A stretch of DNA of 63,809 bases, counting the filler, from Octopus bimaculoides (Eukaryota): the NCBI RefSeq assembly GCF_001194135.2. It is 7 parts of 6 records of this genome, joined end to end, with 100 filler letters (N's around TTAATTAATTAA, not from the genome) between each part and the next. Parts side by side here need not be neighbours in the genome. Positions count along the whole stretch, not along the records: positions 32,757 to 45,637 come from NC_068988.1; positions 45,738 to 49,260 come from NC_068995.1; positions 49,361 to 56,110 come from NC_068998.1; 4 more parts are not named here. The stretch is one strand, 5' to 3'. The notes beneath the pieces were generated by a model. The model did not search any database. It was given only the letters and a program-made list of their open reading frames with translations, and was not told the DNA's origin. Shown here one piece after another: positions 37,528-49,650 of the stretch; position 1 is the stretch's first letter; each line of letters opens with the position of its first letter. A program made the position numbers and the translations under genes.

Positions 37528-37780
37528 AATTTCGTAAAAAGATTAGTTAATAGTGTTTTATCTTATTGCATGGGTATCTTTATTCCATAAATATTTCTGA
37601 ACCCATGATGTTGATGATGTTAACTACGGTTTCTGATTTTAGATGCCGGTCTGTACGTAACTGGGTTCAATTCCTACTACAGATGACTTTATCTACCGTT
37701 TCTTCGAAAGCTAATATATTTACTTTTCATCACTGAATTCCATCTGTAAATATAAGAAGAAAAAAAAGAGAAGCAGTTAC

Positions 37781-37855
37781 TGGTGACACTGTGGATTGAA
37801 CGCGGGACCTGTCACAGAAACAGAAATAAATGCTCAGCCAGGGAGCTACATCTCA
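37781..37855 (-). pseudogene. Degenerate tRNA-Ala pseudogene (duplicate of 35205-35276)
   Basis: Minus strand GAGATGTAGCTCCCTGGCTGAGC...GGTCCCGCGTTCAATCCACAGTGTCACCA aligns by eye to the tRNA-Ala. Stems and anticodon are destroyed; the A-rich terminator flank and upstream flank are also similar. Confidence 0.6.
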
Positions 37856-40733
37856 ACACAACAAATACTAATCGCTTTCTACTCGTATTTATTTTGTTAG
37901 TATCAATTTGTCATTGATGAGAAATCAAGATATTTGAAGAATAAAACTAAAAAGGAAATTTTCTTGTGTTCTTTGAGTCTCCTTTGTAAATATTCCGCAT
38001 TTACAAAGTTTTAGGAATATTATTTGTTTTCCTTTCTCTCGTCCTTCTTGTGCTGTTTGGGAACGAGCTTTTGTTTTTCTTAACGTGGTTCCTGAAAATG
38101 ATGTTTTAGCTCCAATTTATTTACCCAGGCATTCCAAGATTTCGAAATACCAGCCAAGTACCCCGGGCCGGTTTAATCGGCTAACTTCCTCTCATCAAAA
38201 TGTGTGGTCTTGACTCTTATATGGGAATCTGGCAAAAATGAGTAATCCTGCGACAGACCGGCGTCACGTCCCGTGGGTGAATATATGCGTCACCGAATCC
38301 AGGAAACCGCTCTCATAAACCTATGATCTTTTATTCTATTCTACTCTAGGCACAAGGCCCGAAATTTTGGGGGAGGGGGCCAGTNNNNNNNNNNNNNNNN
38401 NNNNNNNNNNNNNNNNNNNNNNNNNNNNNNNNNNNNNNNNNNNNNNNNNNNNNNNNNNNNNNNNNNNNNNNNNNNNNNNNNNNNTTTTTTTCTTCTGCTT
38501 ACTTATTCAACAGACAAGGCAACGTATTTTCCAAGTATTAACCTCTAATGATAAAATTTACCCCCAAAGATTCTGTGTAGCTGTAATTTAGAAAACTGAA
38601 CGAACATGCTGGATTAAAAACAGAGATTATGATTCGGTTCGAAAGGCACGAACATCAATTTATAATTTACGTCAGTGAGTTTAGAGTTTACGACTTAAAC
38701 CCTGTCAAAGTCGTCCTTTTTTGTCTTTTTCAGCTCTTCTGAATTAATAAGACATGCAAATACTGTAAATCCTCGTGGATTTTTTTTTTATAGAAGTCAA
38801 AAACTGAAATGTATTTGGCGTGTTCAGATTTATCTAGGTCAGTGGTGTATAGTCAGTTTTCGATCAGAACTATTTAACCCTGCCTGCTCTGTCTATCAGA
38901 TGTGAAGCACACACGGCGTCCACGTATCATATATGATACCCTCTCCCAATTTTTGCAACCACCTGAGTAACTTGTAACGTGTGAAAGGAAAGCGTTATAT
39001 AAATGGAGTGATTAGAATATTTTTCAAGATTTGTATATTTTTAATATTATTTACAAAGTTTATATATAATAATTGCTAGTGATTTAAATAACTCAGGCGT
39101 TGTTGGGAACAGAGTTACAATCTAAATGCATGCAGTATGAGAATCATTTTTCTCAGTGCCTGAATCGTACGTATTTAACTATAAAATAAATAAATGATCT
39201 TATTGTTTAACACGTCGTACTGATAGTTTTTGACATATTTTCATGTTATTTTCAGTTATATAAATGTGGTGTTATTCTAGATTTTTAGCACATAACTGGT
39301 TTATGACTTTTGTTTGAATGTTTTATACTTTTGCCTTGATTTTTATTTAAGTTCATTGTCATACAAGTAACACTGTCTTTTAGATACAAGTGAAGCGTGG
39401 TCATTAGAGAAATACTTTATTTTCTACTCAAAACTGCTGACTCTACAGCATTATTAATTTATATGAATTAATAAATAGATCTTCGTTTTAAAGTTCACTT
39501 GGTACTCGTATTGCGATAATCCAGAGTATAAAATGACGTTTTCCATTTATTTCTTGCATTTTGAAATGTTAACATTTTAAAGCCGAAGATAAACTTATTA
39601 TCACTTGGTTCGCGCGTGTGCGTGTCTGTGTGTGTGTGTGTATGCATACATTTTATATGTATTATATATTATATATCATATGCGTATATGTACGTGTGTG
39701 CGCGCGCACGTGAGAGAGAGAGCGAATTGGCAGCTGATAGGGAGATAAAACATTAGTTCTGGCGTCGGCGTTCAAATCCCGCCAAGACCGACTTTACTTT
39801 TCATTTTTTTAATAAATGAAGTACCAGCCTCGTACTACAATCATTTCTTCTTCTTCTTCTTCTTCTTCTTCTTCTTTTTCTTCTTCTTCTTCTTCTTCTT
39901 CTTCTTCTTCTTCTTCTTCTTTCGTTTCCTCGTTCTCCTTTTCCTTCTCCTCTCTGGATTATACCTGTAATTCAAGGTTCACATCGTAACCACGCTGATT
40001 CAGTTGGAGAATTATGCTAAAAGTTTTTTACATGTGTATGGAATACTCAGCCCACTTACACGTTAATTTCACGAGTCGGAATTCAATTAGTCGAGCAACT
40101 CATGTATCCATCGTCTAAACCGACGGAGAACCTGTCACCTCCCCTCCCCCACGTCCTCCCGGCCCACTTCATTATAATATGCAGAGGCCTTCGTCTTGCA
40201 ACGGATTGAACATGGGCAGCGTAATCTAATCCAGTCCAATCTTCACGTATTGTCATTGGCTTATCGACCACTTGCCGTTCGTTTTGTCAGTCACCACGAC
40301 CAAGAAATGTTATCAATGGCATAGTCTATTCCTTATTTACTTTTTGTTTTCTCCTAAACCACCCCGAGACCTCAAACACCCTGCCGTCCACCCCCGCAGC
40401 CACTGTATTGCGTCGAAACGTAGATTTCCTACCGACCGATCGACCAACCAGCCGACGCCTCTCTTTTGTTTTTTTTTTCTACTCTACCAGCAAATATTCT
40501 GTAGAAAAGACCAGATAAACGTAAATGCATATGCGCGCGCGCGAGCGTGTGTGTGTGTGTGTGAATATATGCATATTATTTAAGTGTGGAGTTACTATGG
40601 TTTGCTTGAAATCGCTTTTACATGCAATAAATGTTTGTTCAATCCGCCCTGCCTTTCCCTCTCTCTCTCCATTTCTATCTCTCTATCTCCCCCCCCTATC
40701 TCTCTCTCTCCCCCTATCTCTCTCTCCCCCCTA

Positions 40734-40764
<31 letters not shown>

Positions 40765-40852
40765 CATACCTTGGATTTCTGTGCATGAACGTGAACACGT
40801 ATTCATATACGTGCTTGCGTATGTGCGGGTGTGTATGTGAATGTGTAGCTGT

Positions 40853-40901
<49 letters not shown>

Positions 40902-40957
40902 AGTAAGTGCGTGTGTATTAAAGACCTCAGGGCATAATGTACGTATGATGTGTATTT

Positions 40958-41059
40958 ATCTTGAGCAAGTGTCTTCTACCATAGCCTCGGACCGACCAAA
41001 ACTTTGTGAGTGAATTTGGTAGACGGAAACTGAAAGAAGCCCATCGTATATATATATGT

Positions 41060-41108
<49 letters not shown>

Positions 41109-41293
41109 TATGTATATGTGTATACATGTATGTATGTATGTATGTATGTATGTATGTATGTATGTACGTATTATGTGGGCGTGGCTGTGTGGTAAGAAGC
41201 TTGCTTCCCAACCACGTCGGTTTCTTTTGCTGCACCGCTAAGTTACGGGGACATAAACACACCAGCGTCAGCTGTTAAGCGATGGCGGAGTGA

Positions 41294-41329
<36 letters not shown>

Positions 41330-41478
41330 TACCATATACGACAGCGACAGGTTTCTTTCAGTTTCCGTCTATCGAATCCACTCACAAGGCTTTGGTCGAC
41401 CCGAGACTATAGTAGTGGGACTGAACCCGGAAACCTTGTGGTTGGAAAGCAAGCTTCGTACCACACAACCACGCCTGC
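40958..41478. mobile_element. Cluster of SINE B pieces: body (+, about 40958-41050), head (+, 41177-41215), near-complete copy (-, 41216-41476)
   Basis: Direct and reverse-complement matches to family B. Confidence 0.8.
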
Positions 41479-41684
41479 ATATATACAAATTTGTGAATGT
41501 GTGCTTCAATCATATTAGTTTTCTTCTTTATTCTTTATTCTTCGTAATTTTCTCTTTTACTCTTTATACCCCACCACTCAACTTCACTCACTCCCCCTCC
41601 TCTTTTTCTATTATTTCCATTCTTTATTCATTACCTTTTATCATTTCTACAAAATCTCTCGAGTCACCACTATACCACTTCTCT

Positions 41685-41852
41685 CTTTTTCTCTCTCTCT
41701 CTCTCTCTCTCTCCTTCTCTCTCTCTTTCTCTCATCCTCCATGCATCTTTACTTCTTTGTTCTTCTCTCTTTGTCTCTCTCCCTATTTTCTCCCCATTCT
41801 CTTTCTCACACTTGTCTTAGTTTTCTCTAAGCCCTTCACAAACCAAACTCCC

Positions 41853-41935
<83 letters not shown>

Positions 41936-42091
41936 TCTCTCAGACACACAGACATACGCACACACACTCACCCCCTCGCACACAATTCCATTTCTATTTT
42001 CTTTCACACACACTCTCTTTCCTCTCTTTCACACACATACACACACACACACACAGATATTCACCTGTCCCTCTTCCTCTCTCCCTCACCC

Positions 42092-42150
<59 letters not shown>

Positions 42151-42350
42151 TTCGCACATCCTCCTTTTTTCCTTCTTCCTCTCTCACACACGCACACGCA
42201 TTTTCCTTTCTTTTTTCCTTTTTTCTTCTTTTCTTTCTCTTTACACACACATACATTACCTTTCTTCCTCTCTCTCTACGTCTCTCTCTCACATACACAC
42301 ACACACGCGCGCACACACACATGCACACAAACACACACACACAAACACAC
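41685..42350. repeat. Long (CT)n/(CA)n low-complexity cluster
   Basis: Pyrimidine-rich plus strand with multiple dinucleotide tracts; source of the spurious 343-aa ORF. Confidence 0.9.
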
Positions 42351-42661
42351 GCACCTCTCCACGACCCAAATTGTACCTCACTCATTAATGCTCCCCGATC
42401 TATCTGTCCCTTATCTCTTTCTGTTCAGCTTCCCCTAAAGTGGTAATCAACCAAATATGTGTAACCAGGTGGGAGCTGTCAAACCCTATTCCCTACTGGA
42501 AAGGATTAAGGGCGGAGCCGGCATGCCGAACGTACTGGGGAATGTCACCGGAAGTCGCGCCCTTTCAAAATGCTTTGTAACTTCCCAACTTTTGTTTGTA
42601 CGACCATCTGCTTATACACATGTATATAATCACGTATGTATACATATAAAAAGCAAACATG

Positions 42662-42747
<86 letters not shown>

Positions 42748-42872
42748 CACATACACACGCGCACTCATACATATATATTTACATATCCACATACATATTC
42801 ACACACATTATATATATATAATTGTGTGTGTGTGCGTGTGTGTATGTATGCAAGTATGTATGTATTTATATT

Positions 42873-43028
42873 AGGCGCAAGCATGGCTCTGTGGTAAGAA
42901 ATTTGCTTCTCAACCACATGGTTCCGGGTTCAATCGCACTTCGTGGGCAGGTGTCTTCCACTATAACTTCGAACCGATCAAAGCCTTGTGAATGGATCTG
43001 TTAGACGGAAACTGAAACAAGCCCGTCC
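42873..43028 (+). mobile_element. SINE family B, 5' half
   Basis: AGGCGCAAGCATGGCTCTGTGGTAAGAA...GACGGAAACTGAAACAAGCCCGTC. Confidence 0.85.
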
Positions 43029-43394
43029 TCTGTGTGTGTGTGTGTGAAGAAGTAGAGCCCCATTTTGTCGTAGAATTAAGGTGACTTGATTATTGAATGC
43101 CGGCTACAGTCAGTGCCAAAGCATTAGCTTTGTCGTGGTGGCGTCGATAACGAATGGACTAATTACACGACCATCTTGGATACCTACCCTTATAGAAACA
43201 CCTAGGCTGTTGACGCCCTTTTCAACCACTTGATGTCGATTATTATTGACATAACAGACAATATTGTATACATTTTACACGGCCATCCAGTATGAAAATC
43301 ACTTCATTGGTTCATATAATTGAATTTAGATGGCGTTCATATTTAGCCATCAATTTGTTCACAAATAATCTCAGGCACCGATCGAAGTTGTCTT

Positions 43395-43554
43395 AGGTGT
43401 GTGGCTGTGTGGTAAGAAGCTTGCTTCCCAACCACATGGTTCCGGGTTCAGTCCCACTGCGTGGCACCTTGGGCAAGTGTCTTCGATTATAGCCTCGGGC
43501 CGACCAAAGCCTTGTAAGTGGATTCGGTAGACGGAAACTGAAAGAAGCCCCTCT

Positions 43555-43555
<1 letters not shown>
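43395..43555 (+). mobile_element. SINE family B, 5' half
   Basis: GTGGCTGTGTGGTAAGAAGCTTGCTTCCCAACCACATGG...CCTTGGGCAAGTGTCTTC. Confidence 0.88.
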
Positions 43556-43604
<49 letters not shown>

Positions 43605-43654
43605 TATGTATGTACGTATGCCTGTTCGCCACCTCGTAGACAGTAAAAAATAAT

Positions 43655-43882
43655 TCATTCTACAAAACCTGAAATTTGGTGGAAGATGTTGTCGATTACA
43701 GTGATTCCGGAGCTCGACTTGTGCTTATTTTTGGCGACCCCAAAAGAATAAAAGACAATATTGACCTAAGTGGAATTTGAACTCAGAACGTTCACACGGA
43801 CAAAATACCACTATGCATTTCGCCCGGCGCGCTAACAAGTCTACCAGCTCACCGCCATAAGCTACCAGCTCACCGCCATAAG
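43655..43882 (-). mobile_element. SINE family A, diverged, duplicated 5' end
   Basis: GGAATTTGAACTCAGAACG...CATTTCGCCCGGCG.GCTAAC...CCAGCTCACCGCC on plus. Confidence 0.75.
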
Positions 43883-44046
43883 CTACAAAATAATATAACC
43901 ACTATCATAGTGTATTAAAACAGCTCGACATGTAGAGCATGTCTACAAATATCTACAAATACGCGTTTTTGGAGAGATATATTTACACACATAAATGTAC
44001 TATGCACACACGTATACATACATACATACATACATACATACATACA

Positions 44047-44552
44047 TGATGGCCGTCCACTCGTGACCGAAGAAGACCATTGCCAACCTTTCAGGAACAT
44101 TGTGCGCTCTAGGACTAACTTATATTTTGCATTTGCGGCTCCGTTGGTGGTTAATGAGCCTTGCTCTTGACAAGCATACACGACTGCAAACATTGCAGAC
44201 CAAGCTTTCTCCATTCACTATACGAGCCGTGCGCTTTCGGGCAGCTCGCTTAAGTTCTTCATGCTGGATATGTGCTCTCTAAAAAAGTGTTGATCCCCTC
44301 CTTAACCTGCTTCCTCCATCTGTTGCGATAACAGGCATTGTTCTCCCAGTCAGTGTCCTGCATATCACAGGCCTTTAATGAGGACTTGACACAGTCCTTA
44401 AATCGCAGCCTTGGTTTCTGCCGGAGTCTCCTTCCATTCACAAGTTTTCCATATAGCATCTGCTTAGGAATCCTGCTATCCTTCATTCTAATAAGGTGTC
44501 CAGTCCAACGTAACCGCTGCTTGTGCACCATTGCCTCAATACTCAAGATATC
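44047..44552 (-). mobile_element. RTE-clade LINE 3' end (5'-truncated)
   Basis: SIEAMVHKQRLRWTGHLIRMKDSRIPKQMLYGKLVNGRR..QKPRLRFKDCVKSSLK, then in a shifted frame CNVCSRVCLSRARLINHQR (C-terminal CCHH-like knuckle), 3' UTR and (TATG)n tail. Confidence 0.9.
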
Positions 44553-45258
44553 ATACATGCATACATACATACATACATACATAGCGTTTATACCGTTTAC
44601 TGTTTAAGCGAACTTCAGTTCCTTCAGACGATGTTACAACTTATACAAATGCATAACTCTCTAACTTACTACCGTTGACTGTTAACCGCGTGTAATTAGC
44701 ACCGTATATATCACATTAGCTAGCACCACTTAACGTCAACATGCATAACAGACTCACGGGTTTAACATAGCATATTTCACATTGCTCAACATAAAATGCT
44801 TAGCAAAGCATACGCCACCCCCACAGATTCCAGAATATCTTGAAAGCAAATTCCTATTCTTTCCTCCATTGATGAAACAACTCAGAAAATGTCATAGTCT
44901 TTCCAGATCACGTGAAAGAGAGCATTTCTTTGAACATAAAAGACGAGTAGCCGCAAATTCTTTCGTGGGTGTGAAGTTCATATTCACTAAAGAATTAGTA
45001 GCAAGTATTTTCCTTAAAGAAACATTTAACAGATTCGTATACCTTTCCACACAGTTCAAGATCTTTTCTAAGAATGGACAGTTCAGTACAATGCATTTAG
45101 TAATCGAGTTCGCATGAGATCAAGGTAATAGAAATCTATTTGAGCGAACAAACTTTTGCCAGCACTTGAGTGGAAAATACTTCACAATGATGTACTCATT
45201 GGAATACATAACTGTCTTTTTCTTGAATGTATAGAGTGTGTGTGTGTGTTAATATATA

Positions 45259-45349
45259 CTAGCAGAAATACCCGGCGTTGCCCGGGTTAAAGAGAATAAT
45301 GAAATCTAAAAACGCCGTCTAGACTACGCATCATCTTTATATATAGAGA
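45259..45349 (-). mobile_element. 91-bp non-autonomous mini-Helitron
   Basis: 5' TC(TCTATATATAAAG), subterminal hairpin ACCCGG-GCAACG-CCGGGT, 3' CTAG; inserted between host A and T with no TSD. Confidence 0.75.
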
Positions 45350-45468
45350 TGTATATAAACACACGCACCCAAACACACGTATATATATGTATATCAATAT
45401 AAATATATGAAAGTCAATGAAGTTTCGTAAAAGAAGGTGATCATGTACATACTTTCTTGCTGTTGTGA

Positions 45469-45637
45469 TTATAACACCTCATTGTAAACTATGTTCCTTG
45501 TTTTCCCTTGTGGAGCATATACAAATAGGTCTTTTGTTGCTGCCCACTCTTGAGCAGCCAACATACAGTTGTCCATGTGAGAAGCAGGGCTCTTCCAAGA
45601 GAAGACCAGCTACAGACAGTGTTTGACCCTGATATTT
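45469..45637 (-). mobile_element. Helitron Rep/helicase C-terminus remnant
   Basis: KYQGQTLSVAGLLLEEPCFSHGQLYVGCSRVGS, then after a 1-nt shift KDLFVYAPQGKTRNIVYNEVL* (PIF1-like helicase motif VI and the typical Helitron end). Not in the ORF track; runs into a gap. Confidence 0.85.
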
Positions 45638-46129
45638 NNNNNNNNNNNNNNNNNNNNNNNNNNNNNNNNNNNNNNNNNNNNTTAATTAATTAANNNNNNN
45701 NNNNNNNNNNNNNNNNNNNNNNNNNNNNNNNNNNNNNAGGGTGTAGCTAGAATTCTGATCGTATTTCTTCTTCAGAACTATCAATTGGGGCTTACATCAG
45801 CTCTGCTTTGTGTGAGAGAGAGAGAGAGAATAAAAAAGAAAGGCTGGCGCTAGTTTCTATCTATCACTGTATTTCTGTCTCATATATAGTGTTTGATCTT
45901 TGTTATTTATTTGTATTTATACATCTGTGAAATGGTATTTTCTCCAATAGTCCTGCTTTCTAAATGAGAGAGGGGGCAAGTGGTGTCAGTGGGGGTGGAG
46001 TGTTAGTGTAGCAAAAAGCGGTGGTATAATCAATGAAATGATTGGAAAGGGAGAGATGCCGGGTAGATGGCTTGGTAGATGACGGTGAGAAAATGAGGAA
46101 GAAATATGACCAACTTATCGCAACCCAAT

Positions 46130-46515
46130 TTACCCACACAGCCACCACTTTCTTCCTTTCGGCACATCAAAAATGTCTCTCACGGCTAGTAAAAGTGTCT
46201 TGCTCAAGGACGCAATGCGCCGCCAAGAGTCGAACTCCACATTTTTAAATAGCCAACATGTGCTCGATAAAGATCGTGAGCCGAATGCGCTAACCACTAG
46301 GCCACGTTGCTCCCGTTCACTCGGGTGGCAAAAATATGTAGCACCTGTCGTATTTCAAAGGGCCAGCTTTGTCCACACTCTGTGTCTCGCTGAATTTCCC
46401 TGAGATCTACGTTAAGGGTACACGTGTCTGTGGAGTACTCAACCACATGCACGTTAATTTCACGAGAGGGCTGTCCAATTGATTGGATCAACTGGAACAC
46501 CCGTCGTAACCAAAA
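46130..46515. mobile_element. SINE fragments: D-type head (minus, about 46130-46305) and C body (plus, about 46340-46515)
   Basis: GTGTCTTGCTCAAGG...CTAACCACTAGGCCACG, and GGGTACACGTGTCTGTGGAGTACTCAACCAC...GGATCAACTGGAAC. Confidence 0.7.
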
Positions 46516-46864
46516 GAGAGCTAATAGTATACACACACAATTCCCTCTTACGGTAAAAAAAAAAAAGTTTAAAAGCGCCATATCTGTCCAGTGTTGCAAC
46601 CTGTTGGATTCCCAGACATCAATGTTTCTAAGCTCTTCAGTCGTTATCAATGGGAAATACCGAAGAGAGGCAACTCTGGACAGACCTAATTTGTCAATGT
46701 TGCTCCAGGGACCGACCTCCAAGGTCGTCAAAGATTACAGTAATATCAGTGGCAAGCAGTATTTAGGCCAAGCGAACTTTAGGTTAGTTAAAATATGATT
46801 GTAACATATTTCAACCTCTAAAGACAAATTCACTGCAGTTACCGTGGAGAAAAAAATTATCTCT

Positions 46865-46905
<41 letters not shown>

Positions 46906-46914
46906 CATTCGCCG

Positions 46915-47091
46915 TGATAGATCACTAGCCACTAAACCTTTTTAATTTTCTTTCCCCGTTTATTCTGTGTTCCTTTCTGTCGAAGAGCGTAGACTCGAAA
47001 CGTAAAATACTTTCTCACTTCCCGAGCGTTAAATTAATACATCTGTTTGTTGTTTACACACCCGTCTTCATCTTTTTTTTTTTGTAAATTC

Positions 47092-47095
<4 letters not shown>
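46915..47095 (+). mobile_element. Penelope-type terminal-repeat-like fragment between (TA)n tracts
   Basis: GAAGAGCGTAGACTCGAAACGT...ACACCCGTCTTCATCTTTT...GTAAATTCTC; related sequence occurs inverted at about 29350-29530 and 7494-7523. Confidence 0.5.
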
Positions 47096-47142
<47 letters not shown>

Positions 47143-47875
47143 CACCGCGCTGTCATTGTCACTACCAACACGTCATTGTATCTCTCTTGACATTAACGTG
47201 TCTGTCTGTGTCTCTGGTGAATCTCTACCTTGCAGATCAGTAACTGAACGATTAATTAAAAGCAATGATTGAACACCTAAATGTATAAACGAATGAGTGA
47301 ACAAACTAACGACAGGGTAACTGAATGAATGAATGAAGGTATAAGTACTGGAAAGAGTTAACGAATAAAAGAGTAAAACCACGGTGTCTGTGCATGGGCC
47401 AAAGAACGAATATTATCTTGCTCACTAAGACGAATTAGCTGAAAAATGTGCAGATATATGATATGGTGGATGTCGACTCGTGTGCGAATAAGTCCACTTC
47501 CTAAACGCACTAAGTCCGCGCGAACGTTCCGAGGGTCAAAGACTTCCTCGTGCGTGAATTTGTTTCGAGTGAATAAAGTGGACCTACGTTTCAGCGCAAT
47601 CAGCCCTAACGTCATTGGCACAACTGAGGTTGAGATGAGCAAGAACCAACTACACTTCAAGTTTTTTTACTTTCTTCAGAAGGAAGTTCTAATGAGAAAT
47701 AACGGTCCTTCGCTCTTAGTGGTTCACATGCTAGTTAACCCACGGCTGGGACCCTAACGGGTGTAGCTATTCTGGGTCAGAATAGACCTGAGGGAAAATG
47801 GTGGCTAAGAGGTGGTTCCACACATCTCGAAACCCAAGTCTCCTTTACGGGATGAAGTTTAAAATCGTACCCAGG

Positions 47876-47917
<42 letters not shown>

Positions 47918-47934
47918 AGTTAGGTATGTGTGTG

Positions 47935-48110
47935 TGAAGGCATGTAACTTAGTCGTTAGGGTTTTTGTACTCGATATCGTAGGTTCGTGATTTCGATTCC
48001 TGGGTTGGGCCGTGCGTTGTGTTCTTGAGCAAAACACTTCATTTCACGTCGCTCCTATCCACTCAGCTGTAAATGGTTAACCCGCGACGGACTGACGCCC
48101 CGTTCAGAGA
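47935..48110 (+). mobile_element. SINE, family D-type
   Basis: TTAGTCGTTAGGG...TTTCGATTCCTGG...GTTCTTGAGCAAAACACTTCATTTCACG. Confidence 0.65.
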
Positions 48111-48661
48111 TGCGCGCGCACACACACATATCAATACACCCATAATTATTTCTTTTCTCTTTTTATTCAGTCTACACATTAAGACATGAGGCGCTGAACA
48201 TTGTTACATGTGACCCTGTCATGTACTGCATTATGGCTTGAAACTGCTTTCAAAATATACTCCGATGCATTCGATCTTCTATACATTCTGTGTTCACCAT
48301 ACATCTGTTCTGGCTTTTATACACTCAGTATTTCTCTGTGGGTGTATACATACATGCATAATGTATGTGTGAATGAACGAATATCGGGCGAAAGGACCAG
48401 AATTTCTTTCTCTTTCTAACGTTCTGTATTCAATTTGATGTTTGTGTTGTTTTAATCACAATTGTCGTCGTCATCATTATCGATATCTTTCTCCATTATA
48501 GTAACTCACTCCGCCTTCGCCGCCATCACACTGAAAAGTCCCAGGCTTTCTCTTCACCCCTGTGTCCATCTTATTTTCTACCCACTCATTTATCTCCCTG
48601 TGGTCACCTCTCTCCATTACCTCCCTTGTCATCGGCTCTCCAAGATCTACAACACCCTCCT

Positions 48662-48709
<48 letters not shown>

Positions 48710-49059
48710 CAGTTTTCCTCAACATCAGCAATTACCCTCTCCACCTCCTCCATTGGGTACAAAGAGAAACCCTTTCAGAGCCGATCACCATTTTTATTTT
48801 GTTAGTAAAAAGGAAAGAAATTCTGATTTCATTGACGACCAACGCTCCCACCTCTTCCACCTACATATTGTTCCTTAACACGCTCACGTTTATATGTGTG
48901 TGTGTGTGTATACATCCATCTTTCATTTCTGGTCTCTCCTCTCCCATTCCTTCATTTGTTGGAGAACCGTATCTGTCCTCTCCTCCTCCTCTTGTTCAGC
49001 ATTGTTATTACTGTCACATTGTCACCTACTAATGGTGACACTTTTCCCCCACCAGCCAT

Positions 49060-49069
49060 CCATCTATCC

Positions 49070-49140
<71 letters not shown>

Positions 49141-49260
49141 CGTCTATCTATCTCTCTCTCTATCTATCTATCTGTCTATCTATCCGTCTATCTATCTCTC
49201 TATCTATCTATCTATCCGTCTATCTATCTCTCTATCTATCTATCTATCTATCTATCTATC
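49060..49260. repeat. (TATC)n tetranucleotide tract
   Basis: Visible; similar tracts at about 8328-8385, 10331-10410 and 23165-23270. Confidence 0.95.
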
Positions 49261-49383
49261 NNNNNNNNNNNNNNNNNNNNNNNNNNNNNNNNNNNNNNNN
49301 NNNNTTAATTAATTAANNNNNNNNNNNNNNNNNNNNNNNNNNNNNNNNNNNNNNNNNNNNATATATATATATTATATAAGTTG

Positions 49384-49650
49384 TATTACAGGAGAGTAAG
49401 ACACATACTGAAAACTGAACTCGAATCCAAAACTCGCATCGAAGCTTGGCACTACCGCTAGCCCAATACAATTATAACATCATCAATTGGAATCTTACAG
49501 ACCTCCAACGCCTGGATAAGAAGACGGGAAAATTGCTAACTTATAAGAAGATGCACCATTCAAAAGCAGAAGTTAATCGTCTGTACCTACCTAGAATTAA
49601 TGGGGAACGCTGAATGATGCAGGTAGAACTGTGCTATAAGACCTCCGCAA
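49384..49650 (+). mobile_element. R4/Dong-like non-LTR retrotransposon RT C-terminal fragment
   Basis: YYRRVRHILKTELESKTRIEA, then (shifted) LALPLAQYNYNIINWNLTDLQRLDKKTGKLLTYKKMHHSKAEVNRLYLPRINGER* matches the recalled INW...LDRKTRKLLT...HHPKADV.RLYLPR..GGRGL motif. Confidence 0.75.

Noticed and set aside
44800-45200. GPCR-like fragments on minus (EYIIVKYFPLKC; LNCVERY)
   Set aside because: Motifs are out of order, no convincing transmembrane segments, multiple stops.
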